Of a stretch of DNA of 64,000 bases, positions 1 through 11,034 are shown in pieces. The stretch covers positions 744,001 to 808,000 of the forward strand of contig BDGG01000008.1 in assembly GCA_001949185.1 (NCBI GenBank). Reading direction: 5' to 3'. Position 1 is the first letter of the stretch, and each line of letters begins with the position of its first letter. The notes below the pieces were generated by a model. It searched no databases. It had not been told where the DNA came from and worked only from the letters and a program-made list of their open reading frames with translations. The position numbers and the translations under genes were made by a program. The stretch comes from Ramazzottius varieornatus (Eukaryota > Animalia > Tardigrada).

Positions 1-715
1 TGGAACGACTGGAAAAAGAGCTGATCCTCCGTTTATCCACGATATACGAAGACATGCTTCGGAGCAGGAACAAGCTGAATGCCGTGGGTCTTATCGAATT
101 TATCGAGCAGGAAATCTTCGTTCAGATACCGTGTACAGTTAGCGCGTAAGTTATTCTTTTGTTACTGACTTTTCACGATTCTACTCGTGTAACCGTGATG
201 AGGCATTATTACAGTACTCTGACGCTTTGATTTACAGGAAACTTGATGAGAAGAAGGACGATGTCTCTTCTCGGTCTGCAAAGTGGAAAGCAGCGTTAAG
301 CGAACCTGTTGGCCAGGCTATGTGGTCGATGTTAGTTAAAACGGACAGTTATGGCGTCCTCAGAGGCTGGACAGTGGATCGTTTCGCGGAGGAAGTTGCA
401 GCGATGTGTGAAGTTATGGAGTCTGTAGACTGGCCTGCGGAGTTCAGCGCTATGGTCGGCAAGGGTGCTCCAACCATAGCCGACCAAATCATGGCTGTGG
501 ATGCTATGTGGAGAGGTAACAGATTGAAGGGTGTGGGTACAGTCGTTATGAAGGCTTGCTGTCGTCTGATACCAGTGCAGTATTCGCGATACAACTACGT
601 CTGGGAGAATGGTCCACTCATCGAAGCGTCGAGGTCGCTCGTGCTGGCAGAAGAAGAGGAAGAGCGAGCATTCCTGAAAACTCTGGCTGCTAGGAAAAGA
701 AAGAGCTCGCAGTAA
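1..715 (+). CDS. 3' part of an uncharacterised (orphan) gene; 5' end lies outside the window
   Basis: Open frame from base 3 (ERLEKELILRLSTIYEDML...CTVSA), GTAAG donor at 146 and tttacAG acceptor at 237. These join in frame to the 227..715 ORF, which ends in a basic tail (ARKRKSSQ*). No recognisable domain. Confidence 0.6.
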
Positions 716-927
716 AATCACCAGTAATTCTGTTTTACCAGCTACTCAGAATTTGTGAATGTTGTCATTATACTTCTTAGTGTTACTATGCCGCTCAACC
801 CTTCACAAGCTACGCCAAACATGAAATTGCTAGCGGTTCTCGGACCAACTTTTGTGTGAATATAGATCCTTTACCTTTACCGTGGTGTCTCCGGTTTATG
901 GGCGGCCTTGGCGGTCACCGTTATTAC

Positions 928-996
928 TAGCTATCAAATCATGTAGCTACATGTTTTGATAGCTATCACAACAACCTACATGGTTTGATAGCTATC
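928..996. repeat. 38-bp near-perfect palindrome centred on TAGCTA plus a third copy of one arm
   Basis: tagctatcaaatcatgtagctacatgttttgatagcta (928-965, one mismatch); the arm recurs as ctacatggtttgatagctatc (976-996). Confidence 0.8.
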
Positions 997-1000
997 GAAA

Positions 1001-1215
1001 CATGTTCATATAGGCTCAACTTTAGCCTACTTCGAAGAAGTCGGTTTCTACTTGCACCGTTACTTGCACCGTTACATGCAAGTCCTGATGTCATGGGACC
1101 AGTGAGCTTACCTGCACGAAATATCCACGCCTACCGGTTTTCTGTTTCCGTGTGTAACGGTGCAAGTAGAACCGACTTCTTCGAAGTAGGCAAAAGTTGA
1201 GCCTACATGAACATG
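1001..1215. mobile_element. ~215-bp fold-back/MITE-like element with ~62-bp terminal inverted repeats
   Basis: catgttcatataggctcaactttagcctacttcgaagaagtcggtttctacttgcaccgttac (from 1001) is nearly the reverse complement of gtaacggtgcaagtagaaccgacttcttcgaagtaggcaaaagttgagcctacatgaacatg (to 1215). There is also an internal 12-bp tandem duplication (acttgcaccgtt). Confidence 0.75.
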
Positions 1216-1218
1216 AAC

Positions 1219-1565
1219 GTATGTGAGACCCAGAGCCGGAAGAAAGCAGAGTGTACGCAGGCGGCACAGCAAATCGGCAAATTGGGCAGCTGCCCAATTT
1301 GCCGATCAGCAAAAAATCAAGCAACGGTTATATGAAACGGACTTCTGACGTCAACGAAGTGCGAACCTTGAGACCTTGGACAATGACGTACCGTTGTTTT
1401 TCATTTAGTTGGCGTTTTAGTTGGCTGTGACCACAGAACGGTGCCACTGATCTTGCTAGGCTGACCGCTGGTAGAAGTATGTGAGAAACAGAGCCGGAAG
1501 AAAACAAAGTATACGCAGACGAAACAGCCAGTCGACAGATCGGGTAGCTAGCCAATTTGCCGGTC
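1219..1565. repeat. Diverged 89-bp direct repeat (1219-1307 and 1477-1565); first copy ends in a perfect 34-bp palindrome
   Basis: Both copies read gtatgtgaga..cagagccggaagaaa.ca.agt.tacgcag...ccaatttgccg.tc. The stretch atcggcaaattgggcagctgcccaatttgccgat (1273-1306) is a perfect palindrome. Confidence 0.8.
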
Positions 1566-2415
1566 CTAATTCTAAATTACTCTGCGTGCACACTTAGATC
1601 TTACATTAAGGCGATGGTTCTGTCTGAGGATGGCCATTCTGAGAAATGACCTTAGGGACCGATTTCTCGAAAGATGTTGATGATTCCAACTAGGTCGACT
1701 GTTCAGCGTCGTGCTTCAAAGCTGAACTACTTTTCGAGACAGGTACAGAGAGGCTTGCCCAGTCGGCTTAGTCGACGGCCTCAGCATATTCTCTCAACAT
1801 GAGTCTATCCCCCACTAATCCCCTCATTACAAACCTTTGTGAGAATCTTTAACATGGCACAGCAATTCGGATTTGGACGGAGTTATTTAGGCTGAGAGCC
1901 ACCATAACTTGGCAGTCGCCCCACTCTCTGCCAGTCCCGAAAAGCCCCTAGTGTCCCTAGTGTACACACGAGCTCTCTGGCTGTAGTATATAGCCAAGAT
2001 GAGGAAGAGCGTAACCTGACCCGACGTCGTGGCCGGGCCTAGCCTAGCGTCGACGTGGATAACCACTCAGCTAAAGGCAGTAATTTACTCGCGTCAGGAG
2101 GCTTTGAGAGGGTCTTGCCAAAACCAGCTCAAAGGCTAATTATACTTGGGTCGCTACCTAGCCTTGTTCCATCTAAAAAGTATATTACCCCTTTGAGCGA
2201 GCTTTGAGCGAGCTCTGGCACAAGCGATTTTTTGACTGGAACAAGCGTGGAACACAATCAGAAAGCTTTGAACTTGCAAGATTTAGTTCAAAGGCTACAT
2301 CATTGTCGCTGGCGTTGATTTGGTCCGTGTTGATTGACCGATGAGACAAGCTCCAAATATCGAAAACTGATGAATTTCCCCATTTTTATTTGGAAGTTTT
2401 TGATCCTGTTGTCTA

Positions 2416-3090
2416 CGGTATAATGATGAGCACTACATTTTACATTACATTACATTTTACATGACAACTACACTTTTACACGACACTACAACCGCTAGGA
2501 ACTTGTCGTGTAAAATACCGATGTAAAAGTGTAATTACAACCGTGAATACATGGCGCTGCCACGAGAAAAACTCGCAAGAAGGTCGAGTGATTGTGGCGC
2601 AGTTTGATTGAATGTGCACGCTAAGTTTGGGTTGGTTACTTGATCAAGCTCGTTGGTGCGTGCGTCACCAGAGCTAACGCGTGTCTCGTGAAGATCTGTC
2701 AGAGCTGTAGAGTCAAACATCGGAAATGGATAAGCTATTCGCGCAAGACGAGGTAGCGCCAGAAGAAGGCGGTGATGGTGAGCAACCTGCGCTGCCGGCA
2801 AGAAGTTTCTCACGTTGGCAGATTTGCTTAATACTTCTGGTGTCTGATGTTAATCCGTGATCTTCGTCGGTGAGCTTAGATCTATTGCGGTAGAGTATTC
2901 TAGAGTAAGATATTGTTGCGTTATTGCTCTGGCTTGTTTCGCACAGTTGTTCCAGTTGTTTTCACACCGGACCCGCGCTAACAGTTGTAAAATTCGTGTA
3001 CAATGTAATTACACGTTTGTAATTACACCATTTTACACGACATTTTACATTACACAGACCATCCGCGTGTAATGCTCATCATTACTACGG
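2416..3090. mobile_element. Non-autonomous DNA transposon, Tc1/mariner-pogo (Tc2-like) type
   Basis: TA|CGGTA-TAATGATGAGCACTACA at the left end and TGTAATGCTCATCATTACTACGG|TA at the right end form ~23-bp TIRs with TA on both sides. Subterminal arrays of ttttacac/gtgtaaaa/taattaca motifs lie at both ends. No transposase ORF. Confidence 0.75.
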
Positions 3091-3142
3091 TAGCCGCGAT
3101 CTTGTCTCTTTATTGATGCTTCTAGATCCTCTTTACGCAACC

Positions 3143-3680
3143 ATGAGCAGTCAAGGATCGAAGCCACCGACGGCAGCTAGAGGGAAACGAGCAGCTCCTA
3201 GAACAGCCAAACCAGCAAAGAAGACAACGCCAGCTGATGAGCCACTTAAGAAGACGCGACGCAAAGCAGCGGCGAAAGGAGAATGGAGCGACAAGGACAT
3301 CGCCAACGTGATCACTCTTGTACAGAAGAACAGTGTGATCTATGAAACTGGATATGTTGATTACTAAAAAGGTAAAGACAAACGACTGGATATCTGGGAA
3401 GATGTGGCTAAAAACTGAAACTGGAAACTAGACAAGAAACTGGACAAGACAGGTCAGTGAAAGTCGACGAACATAATTCCTTGATTTAGCTGAACACTAG
3501 CTGAACATGTCGTTTTACGCAGGCGATGCCGTCAAGCAATTATGGATCAATCTTCGTCGGAACTTTGGATAGAAGCTGAAGGAGCATCCTGCCATACAGA
3601 AAGCTTTGTTTCTGTACGAACAGGCAACTGGCTTTGGCTTTCCCGTCGTTGTCGCGCAGTACCCCGGAAGCTCAACGTAG
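3143..3680 (+). pseudogene. MADF (Myb/SANT-like) domain pseudogene
   Basis: EWSDKDIANVITLVQKNSVIYETGYVDY*KGKDKRLDIWEDVAK, then an intron (gtcagt...acgcag), then GDAVKQLWINLRRNFG*KLKE. This matches the MADF W..LI..V...LY...Y...W..IA...W.NLR pattern. In-frame TAA at 3365, TAG near 3569 and a disruption near 3416. Confidence 0.7.
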
Positions 3681-4450
3681 CAGCGTCGCAGTGAGACTCG
3701 TTCCAACCAAGATTTCAGTTCTGTGTAATTAATTTTCATGGTGTTTCAGTTTATTAGTGTCCCAGTAAAGTCACTTGTTTAACAAACCAAAGACCACGTT
3801 ATCTTGCCACGGAACACTGATAAAAATAAAATTCAAAAATCGCAGTCATATTGTATGACAGCTGCAGTGGCAGACTGGCTATCTGTGGCACATGTGTCAT
3901 ATTATACTCGGAACAACAGATTTTGCGTTGCAACCTCTGGTGCTTGTGCTTGTTCCCGTTCAGGTCGCGACCTAAGATTTTAGGTTCTGGCTCAGAGGTA
4001 GTTTTGGCACAACAGGTTTTAGGTAGCGACATAAACCTTGCGTCATGACGCGAGTAAATTACTTATCTTGGGCGGCAGGTATCGGTCGGAGAAATTCGTC
4101 AGATGCAAAGAGCGCGAATGGAATTGTGAACGAAGAATGTTCCGTCGAGAGAACTTCATGAACATATTCATGCGGGGCAATCTCTGCCGGAAAGCAGGAG
4201 GAGTCAACAGCCGGCCATGGCGAGTTACTGGATAGAGTTAGCGAACAAGGAAGTAGATTGAGCTGACCAGCAAGAGTCGTGTATGCGGCGCACGTGTACA
4301 TTGTAGCCAACCGTTATACAGCATTTCTTCGATTTTACCGATGCGAGTGTACGTACTTTGGCCGTATCTGACCAGTGCTGTACGATGGCGTAACGCTGTC
4401 TGTGCTAGCTTGCACAGCGAGGAACGGACTTGCGTACGAGTAGTCCGTAC

Positions 4451-4525
4451 GCCTTGTCAGATTGTTTTCCCACGTGGCACACAGTATTTCTCATGTGAGC
4501 CACGTGGTTTTGAAAATAACCGAAA
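4451..4525. repeat. Possible degenerate, short-loop member of the fold-back family
   Basis: gattgttttcccacgtggcacaca...tgtgagccacgtgg...gaaaataacc resembles the family arm GATTGTTTTCCCAAGTGGCGCAC and is self-complementary. Confidence 0.4.
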
Positions 4526-5003
4526 TTGCTGGAGGCGAAACGCAATGCACTCCAGCGTCAGTCAGCCAGTCAGTCAGTCAGTCATGCCGTAGGAAAACCG
4601 ACTTCCTTGGCATTCTCCGACGTTCCGGACAGCAACTTCCGGTAGGTATGGCTGGTGGAACAGCCAAGTTCACGGGGCAAGGAGGAAAATTGAAAAAGGA
4701 GGATCGACCTCAGGACCTTCGAACTCGGTCAGCAATTTCGTTTCAGAGGTGCATGACTTGAACCACTGCAGCGCATTTCGACTCGTCTCACTGTTCTGTA
4801 GCGTGTTGAGATGTCACGTTTTGAACGACCAGTTAAAAACTCAACCTAGAAAAGACGCCTATAATGTACATTGCACCGCATACACGTATCAGGACAGTCC
4901 GGGAAAAACGCCATGTCCGGCCAGGTAGTTATAGGAAGGGAAAACGCTTATCATTTAAAAACATTAACCACAATTATCGCTAAAGACAATAATTTTCAAA
5001 TAG

Positions 5004-6115
5004 TGTCAAGCTTTTCGATGGTCTATAAGACAACTACCATCGAACTGACGGAAGACTCGAGAAAAAAAGCGAGGAAAGAGCTGCTTGCCTTAAGGGGAAA
5101 CAACTTGACATCGCATGTAGCTTCCTAGAGCCTTAGCTGCAGTAAAGTACTCATCACTTCCAAAAATTTCTTGAGAGATCAGAACAATGCTCAACTGTTC
5201 GTCTTTAACCGACGACATCCGTTCGCCCAGATCGTGGATGTGGTTGCTAGCCATGCCATATAATTTAGAAACTACTTCCTCGATGAAGAAATTCTCATCC
5301 GTCGCTCTACATTCGGTCAGGAAGTAAGTCCGAAGATCAATGCACACGTTGAAGACGAACCGCCAAAGAGCTTTACCTCCATACACCGATCTCTTCGTCG
5401 GTTGGCCTCTTTCCGTCGGAGGGCCATAGATACACTCATACTCGCCAACAAGACGAAGAACTTGTGGAACTGAAAGAGTTGCCGAGGACGAAAAGCTATA
5501 AGACGTACTTAACTGTCGGGAAACAGCTGGAAACTAACCTGCAATAGTGTCGCAGAAATGCTTTTCAAAGCATCTCTCATGTAATTTTCTGAACTGGAGA
5601 CCACTGTCCGATGCCCAGATGAACTCACGCAGAGATCGGCTGACTTGCTAATTTCGGAAGAAGGTGGCATTCTTTGAAGACTCTCGTTCCTGTTCGTCCA
5701 ATCGGTAGAGTCTGTTGAGTTCCGTCAGCAGCGGCGTCATTACATTTGCATCAGGAAGTTCAGCTGCCACCGGTAACACGAGGTCCTGCATGATATCCGA
5801 AGAGATTTTCGGGAAGTCAGATTTCAGTTTCTGCAATAACAGAACATCTCATGCTGCAGTTTTGAATCAATGAAGCATGTCGCAAATAAAAATGTTTACC
5901 TGAACGAGCTCATTCATTGCTGCTGGCTCGGGTATGGAAATCTTTTCAGGGTTTATCGCTGAAAAGGAAACTGTACAGGGATGAGAATGTCAACAGAGGC
6001 GGAAGCGATAGACCAACTGTGTACAAAGCACTGCGCAAGATGTTTCCGTGGTCTGTATCAGCTTCTCGGCTTCGTCGTTTCCCCCTCTTTGCCAACAAGT
6101 CCTTCAGCTTTGTCC
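5004..6115 (-). pseudogene. Multi-exon orphan pseudogene
   Basis: Coding-like minus-strand segments with GT-AG junctions (~5900, ~5835, ~5538, ~5500). The frames continue past in-frame stops (…FFRN*QVSRSLREF at 5648; …QVVSP*GKQLF at 5090). Confidence 0.4.
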
Positions 6116-6456
6116 CTGAAAGCACACAAAGAAATGGCTTTCGAGAGTAAGAATGACGTTTTGACTTTTAATGATTAAATTGTGACTGCGAATTCGCGGT
6201 TTAGAGTATACGGCACATAGTTTCGTGAAGGGGCCTCTGGTGATCTACGCGTCGTAACCCGGTGCCGTGCACTCGTACCTAAATTGTTCCGGATGGACTG
6301 GCGTAGCTTTCCTATGACTTTATCTTACATAACACCTTACTTCGGCTCATCGGCTGTGTGATTTACCACAATACGCCTTACGGACATCATCCTCAGTTTT
6401 GTGGCGAGTCCAGGGTCCGGAGTTCAGAATCCAGATGTTGATTCCTCGTCGGACTA

Positions 6457-8381
6457 ATGACTAGTGATCCTCGATCACCCGTACGAAGATTCGTCGAAGA
6501 AGAAAATTCTTCACCGTGCGAGATAATGAGTATCTGTCTTCCTGTGCCGACTGATCATAAGGATTTGATACATGATGTCGCTTTAGATTATTATGGACGA
6601 AGAATGGCAACCTGCTCCAGTGACCAGAGTGTCAAGGTAAGGTAACCTCCCTTTTGATGCTTGAACAAGAGCTACGTGAAATGTAGTACGTACTAAAGTC
6701 CAGAGAGGATTTACAGGCGCTCTTTTCGTTCTTGCGTGCATAGATCTGGGATCTGCAAGACGACGGAACATGGCGGTGTACAGCCAACTGGAAAACACAC
6801 GCTGGATCTGTTTGGAAAGTTACCTGGGCGCATCCACTCTACGGTCAGCTAATCGCCACTTGTTCCTTCGACCGGACTGCCGCTCTATGGGAAGAAACTG
6901 GTACGTGCATACGAATCTATGTGGCCTTTGCGTGGGAACTTAATGTGAACCGTAATCGCCTTATCTAAGAAATCGATGTGGAATAAGATGAAACTGAATT
7001 CATGCGTGAGAGATGCAGGTTAAATGTCTTTCGCTTTTGCAGTCGGCGATGGCAGTTCCGTAGCACAGAGTCATTGGGTGAAGAGGACTTCGATGGTAGA
7101 CAGTCGTGGATCTGTGAGCGATGTTCAGTTCGCTCCAAAGCACCTCGGACTGCAAATCGTATGTACAGTGGCAAATCGTGTGTTCAGTAGACCAAGAGAA
7201 GTTTTTGAGAGCATCCTCCTTTCGTTGGAGTTATTTTTAACGTTCATATGTTCATTTTACCTGTAGGTCACGACGGCAGCGGATGGAGTTATACGAATCT
7301 ACGAGAACATTGACCAGTCGAACCTATCTCAGTGGCAGCTCGTGCACGAAATTTCGTCCAAATTCGCGGGCTGCAGCTGCGCTTCTTGGAGCCAGTCCCG
7401 TTTGCTTCCTCAAATACTGGCTGTCGGCAGTTACGACGAGGCACCTTCGACAGGGAAAGTAGTCTTGTTTGAGCTCGTCGACCAAGGAAGGTAGGCGTAA
7501 CTAACATACTACCGTTGACGATTTACACAATGAGTATCTGGCTATACTTTGTCCGCCCTGACGTAGAAAGTGGATTAAGATCGAGACTTTGAATTCTATC
7601 ACGGTGAGTTCGCTGTTTTTATAGCTTAACGTCGGAAGGCCGTCGTGTTTGTCTGACTTTCAATTTCATTTCAGGAACCAGTGCATGATCTGACTTTCGC
7701 CAATACGCTGGGTCGCTCATTCCACATCCTGGCCGTCGCCGCGAAGGATCTTCACATCGTGTCTATAACGCCTTCAGTGTAAGATGAACTTTTAAGACGT
7801 CTTGCTGCAGACGCTTAACCTTTGCTTTATAAAAAAACTTTGTTTTACTGGGAAAGAACAACATTTCAGGAATTGATCCTCTGTTCCTGTTTTAGCAAGA
7901 GATCGTCTTCCGCAAGCAACCTGCACTCTAACCAACAATCGGCGTCTCTCCTTACTCAGCCACGAGCGTATGACATACGGCTGCTGGCGTTGCTGAAAGA
8001 CCATCAATCAACAGTATGGAGAGTCAGCTGGAATATCACCGGTACTATTCTGGCCTCTTCGGGAGATGATGGCTACATCCGCCTTTGGAGAAGTATGCGT
8101 CCGTCTATAATTTGAATAAAGAATCGCTGTTTGATCTTCGTTCTTCTTGTTTCTGTACTCGTCTAGGTAATTTCACAAGCGCCTGGCGATGTGTGGCCGT
8201 GATTCGTGGTGACGGAACATTACAGACAGAAGGCGAAGGAGGCGGATCAAGCAACCGGAAGTTATCGAACTCCGAAACCTTAGACCTTTCACACAATGCT
8301 CAAAGCCAAAACTTTTTATCGGGATTTAGCTTACCAAAGACTGCGAGCCCCGCTCTGACTTTCCAGAAGTGGAGTTCTTAA
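6457..8381 (+). CDS. SEH1L: Nucleoporin SEH1 (WD40; Nup107-160 and GATOR2 subunit), multi-exon
   Basis: [27 protein letters not shown]|[81 protein letters not shown]. The start may be the second ATG, near 6526. Confidence 0.96.
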
Positions 8382-8467
8382 GCTTTCTTTGGTAATTTTG
8401 AAAACCTATTTTCGATAAATATTCTTATTTTTTTAACAGTCTTCTATCTCTTTGTCCCAAAGACATC

Positions 8468-11034
8468 TTACTCCAGGTTCAAAGATATCCAGTCCATTTG
8501 TTTTTTAACATGTGTGAAGATGGAAGGTAGCGACGAGAACCCCGCCGTTGTACCGCACCCCAAACTGCAAAACATGACAAAATATTTCTCGGTGACGAAA
8601 TGAGAGGTTGGCAAACGGAACATACGAGATTGTTTTTCCAAGTGGCGCACATTTTCATAGTTAGTGGCTGGAAGCGTGCGCCACTTGAAATGATGATCTG
8701 GTACGTTTCGTTTGCCCGACTCCCTAGAAATACTTCACAGAAAAGATTTCTCGTACCTCCAAGTAGCTAAACCGATAAGCGTCCATTGGTCAGGGTGACC
8801 GGAGTCCAGCGCGCATATCAGCGGAGAACCGTAGTCTTGCGAACACAGATCGCCTTTCCCTCCTGTGACGCTGTTGTCCATGTCGCGACTGATAGTGCAG
8901 AACATTGTGGAATCCAGTTTATAGTCAACAGGTGTTCCGCTGTACTTATCTAGCATGCGTTGGCAGCTGGCGGGCCCTGTTGTGCTGTTGACGATTTGAA
9001 CAGGAGATGATCGAAGGCGACCAAACCGAGACCCAGTGACTGCGGACAAGCACACAGTACCTCACTCATTTTGGGTACAAAATCGTTACAGTTGGACATG
9101 GTCAAACTAGTCTTTCGTAACTGTGCTTTCCCAGGCCTATGAAGCGAGCCGAGGGAACTTACGGCTTGATTCTCCGAATCCCGTAGCGAGGCACATGGAG
9201 TCAATTCGGAGTGGCGGAGTTCGCGGACCCGGAAGGCAAAGCGTACAAGTGCAGTGGTCCATGCGAGCAAGTTTGGTCAGTCTGATCACAGCGATATCGT
9301 TGGACAGTGTTTTGGAGTCAAAAGAAGGATGAACAGTGATACTTCCAACAGGTATGGCTTGTTGGCAAGAACTTCCTTTGTTTTGGGAAATCTCATTGGT
9401 CCCTAAACTTATCTTTAGCTCAAGCGGAGTCTCCGAGTTATCAAACCTAGAAGAATTATACATTTTACCATGTTATGTTATTTCATGTTCTACGAGTCTT
9501 TCAAGGGTTGTACTCACCGAGAGACGCAATGGGCGGAAGTGACGACGTGGAATCGGCTGACCAGCGCGCCTCCGCAAATGAACGTTCCGTTGTGGAAGAG
9601 AGCGACCTGCCAGCAGAATTCGCCAACTTCCGCAAAGTCTCCCCGCAGAATCCTCGATCTCCGTCCTTCCGAACTAGAAATTTCTGACTTTCCACAGGTT
9701 TCCCCACTAGCTGACATAGCAGAACTGTCAGACGAAAGGGTTCTGGGGACCACTCGCAGAGCACCTCCGCGTTCCAGCGCAGCCGATACTTCGGGTCGGA
9801 TAGTTCGCAGATTCTCATCTTTAATGTCGACTGGTACGTGCTTCTCCGGCTGTACTACCAAGTTCCTCTCAGAGTCTTCTTGGATGACTGGTGTAACACT
9901 CTTCGACCCTGCGCGAAAGTAGTCTTCTCCCGATGGGTTAATTTCCCGTGTGGTGAACTGATATACCGGTAGCGATTGGGAAGCGGATGGTAGTTCGCGG
10001 ACAGACGGAGCTCGAAAACAGCACCATTGAGCTTCGGGACAGTCCAGAGTTTTGCTGTCCACTGATAACTGCAGACATGTTCGGCGGTTGATTATGTCAA
10101 AGTAGTTACTACAGACTCCAGTAACACCCGGATACTTTCGGGGCTTGCACCGTCGTCCGATAGTTGGTGCGAGAAGTAGCGGAGGTCTTTGGACAAATAG
10201 CGGTGGAGAGGGTCGGTTGAACTGAACCGCAGGTAAGTTTTGTGATGGCAAGGGAAGATACACTGGTAAATTTTGTGTTTGTTGTGGCGGATAGAGAGGC
10301 AAGTTGTAGTTCGGTATTCTTCCAGGTGCTTCATAGTTGGAGAACGGTAGGAAAGATGGTTGGTACGAGGGAGGTCTCCACGGCTGATTGCCGAAGTTGA
10401 TCGGACCGGAAGTGTCAAAAGGCGGAGGAAGGTTGATCTGAGGACCGAAACCTAGCGGTGAGTTTAGCTGTGAGTAAATATTGGGGTTATTGAATTGAGG
10501 ACTTATTCCACCGTAACCGGAATTTATTGCGTTATATCCAGGGTTTATTCCATTGAAGCCTGGGTTAATATTTCCGTAGAGCGACCGGGAGGGTAAGCCA
10601 TATGGCTGATAGTCTCCACCGAACCCTGTCGGACCGAGTGGTTGTCTGAACTGACCATAGCCAAAATTGGGAAGAGCCTGGTCGAATCTAGACCCAGGTG
10701 ATACCGGTCCTCCATAGTTATACCCTTCAAACAGACCGGGGAAGTTTGGTTGACCAAATGACCTGTATGGTTGGGTGAAGCCAGGAGATATGGGAGGGCC
10801 ACCGAAAGGTAATCCCGGTAACTGGAATGACGGTAGTGAGAAAGGAATTTGGGCGTTGAGTACAGGAGTACTAGGAGGTCTTGGCGGCGGTGGGGCAGCC
10901 ACGCGGAGATCTTCTAACGAAGCATCGTAGTATTCTTTATCCCAGTCGCCAAAGGGATCATAAAAATATCGCTTTCCATATTTGCAGTTACATGGGTGAG
11001 AGAACAACAGTAGGCAACCGAGGAAGATAATCAT
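8468..11034 (-). CDS. Secreted clip-domain serine protease homologue (masquerade-like, predicted inactive) with long Pro/Gly/Phe/Tyr/Asn-rich N-terminus
   Basis: Signal peptide MIIFLGCLLLFSHPCNC; six-Cys clip-like module (C...GVC...C...C...WCC); RRSR|ILRG activation site; FICGGALVS..VVTSAHC and NDIAVIRL motifs. The GDSGGP motif reads QDYGSP. About 5 exons, last exon SLGCG...PSIFTHVKKQMDWI. Confidence 0.88.
8602..8725. mobile_element. Intronic fold-back element, copy A
   Basis: ggcaaacggaacatacgagattgtttttccaagtggcgcac...gtgcgccacttgaaatgatgatctggtacgtttcgtttgcc, in the last intron of the serine protease homologue. Confidence 0.85.

Noticed and set aside
4555-4584. (CAGT)n tract as a functional element
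   Set aside because: A short imperfect microsatellite with no further structure.
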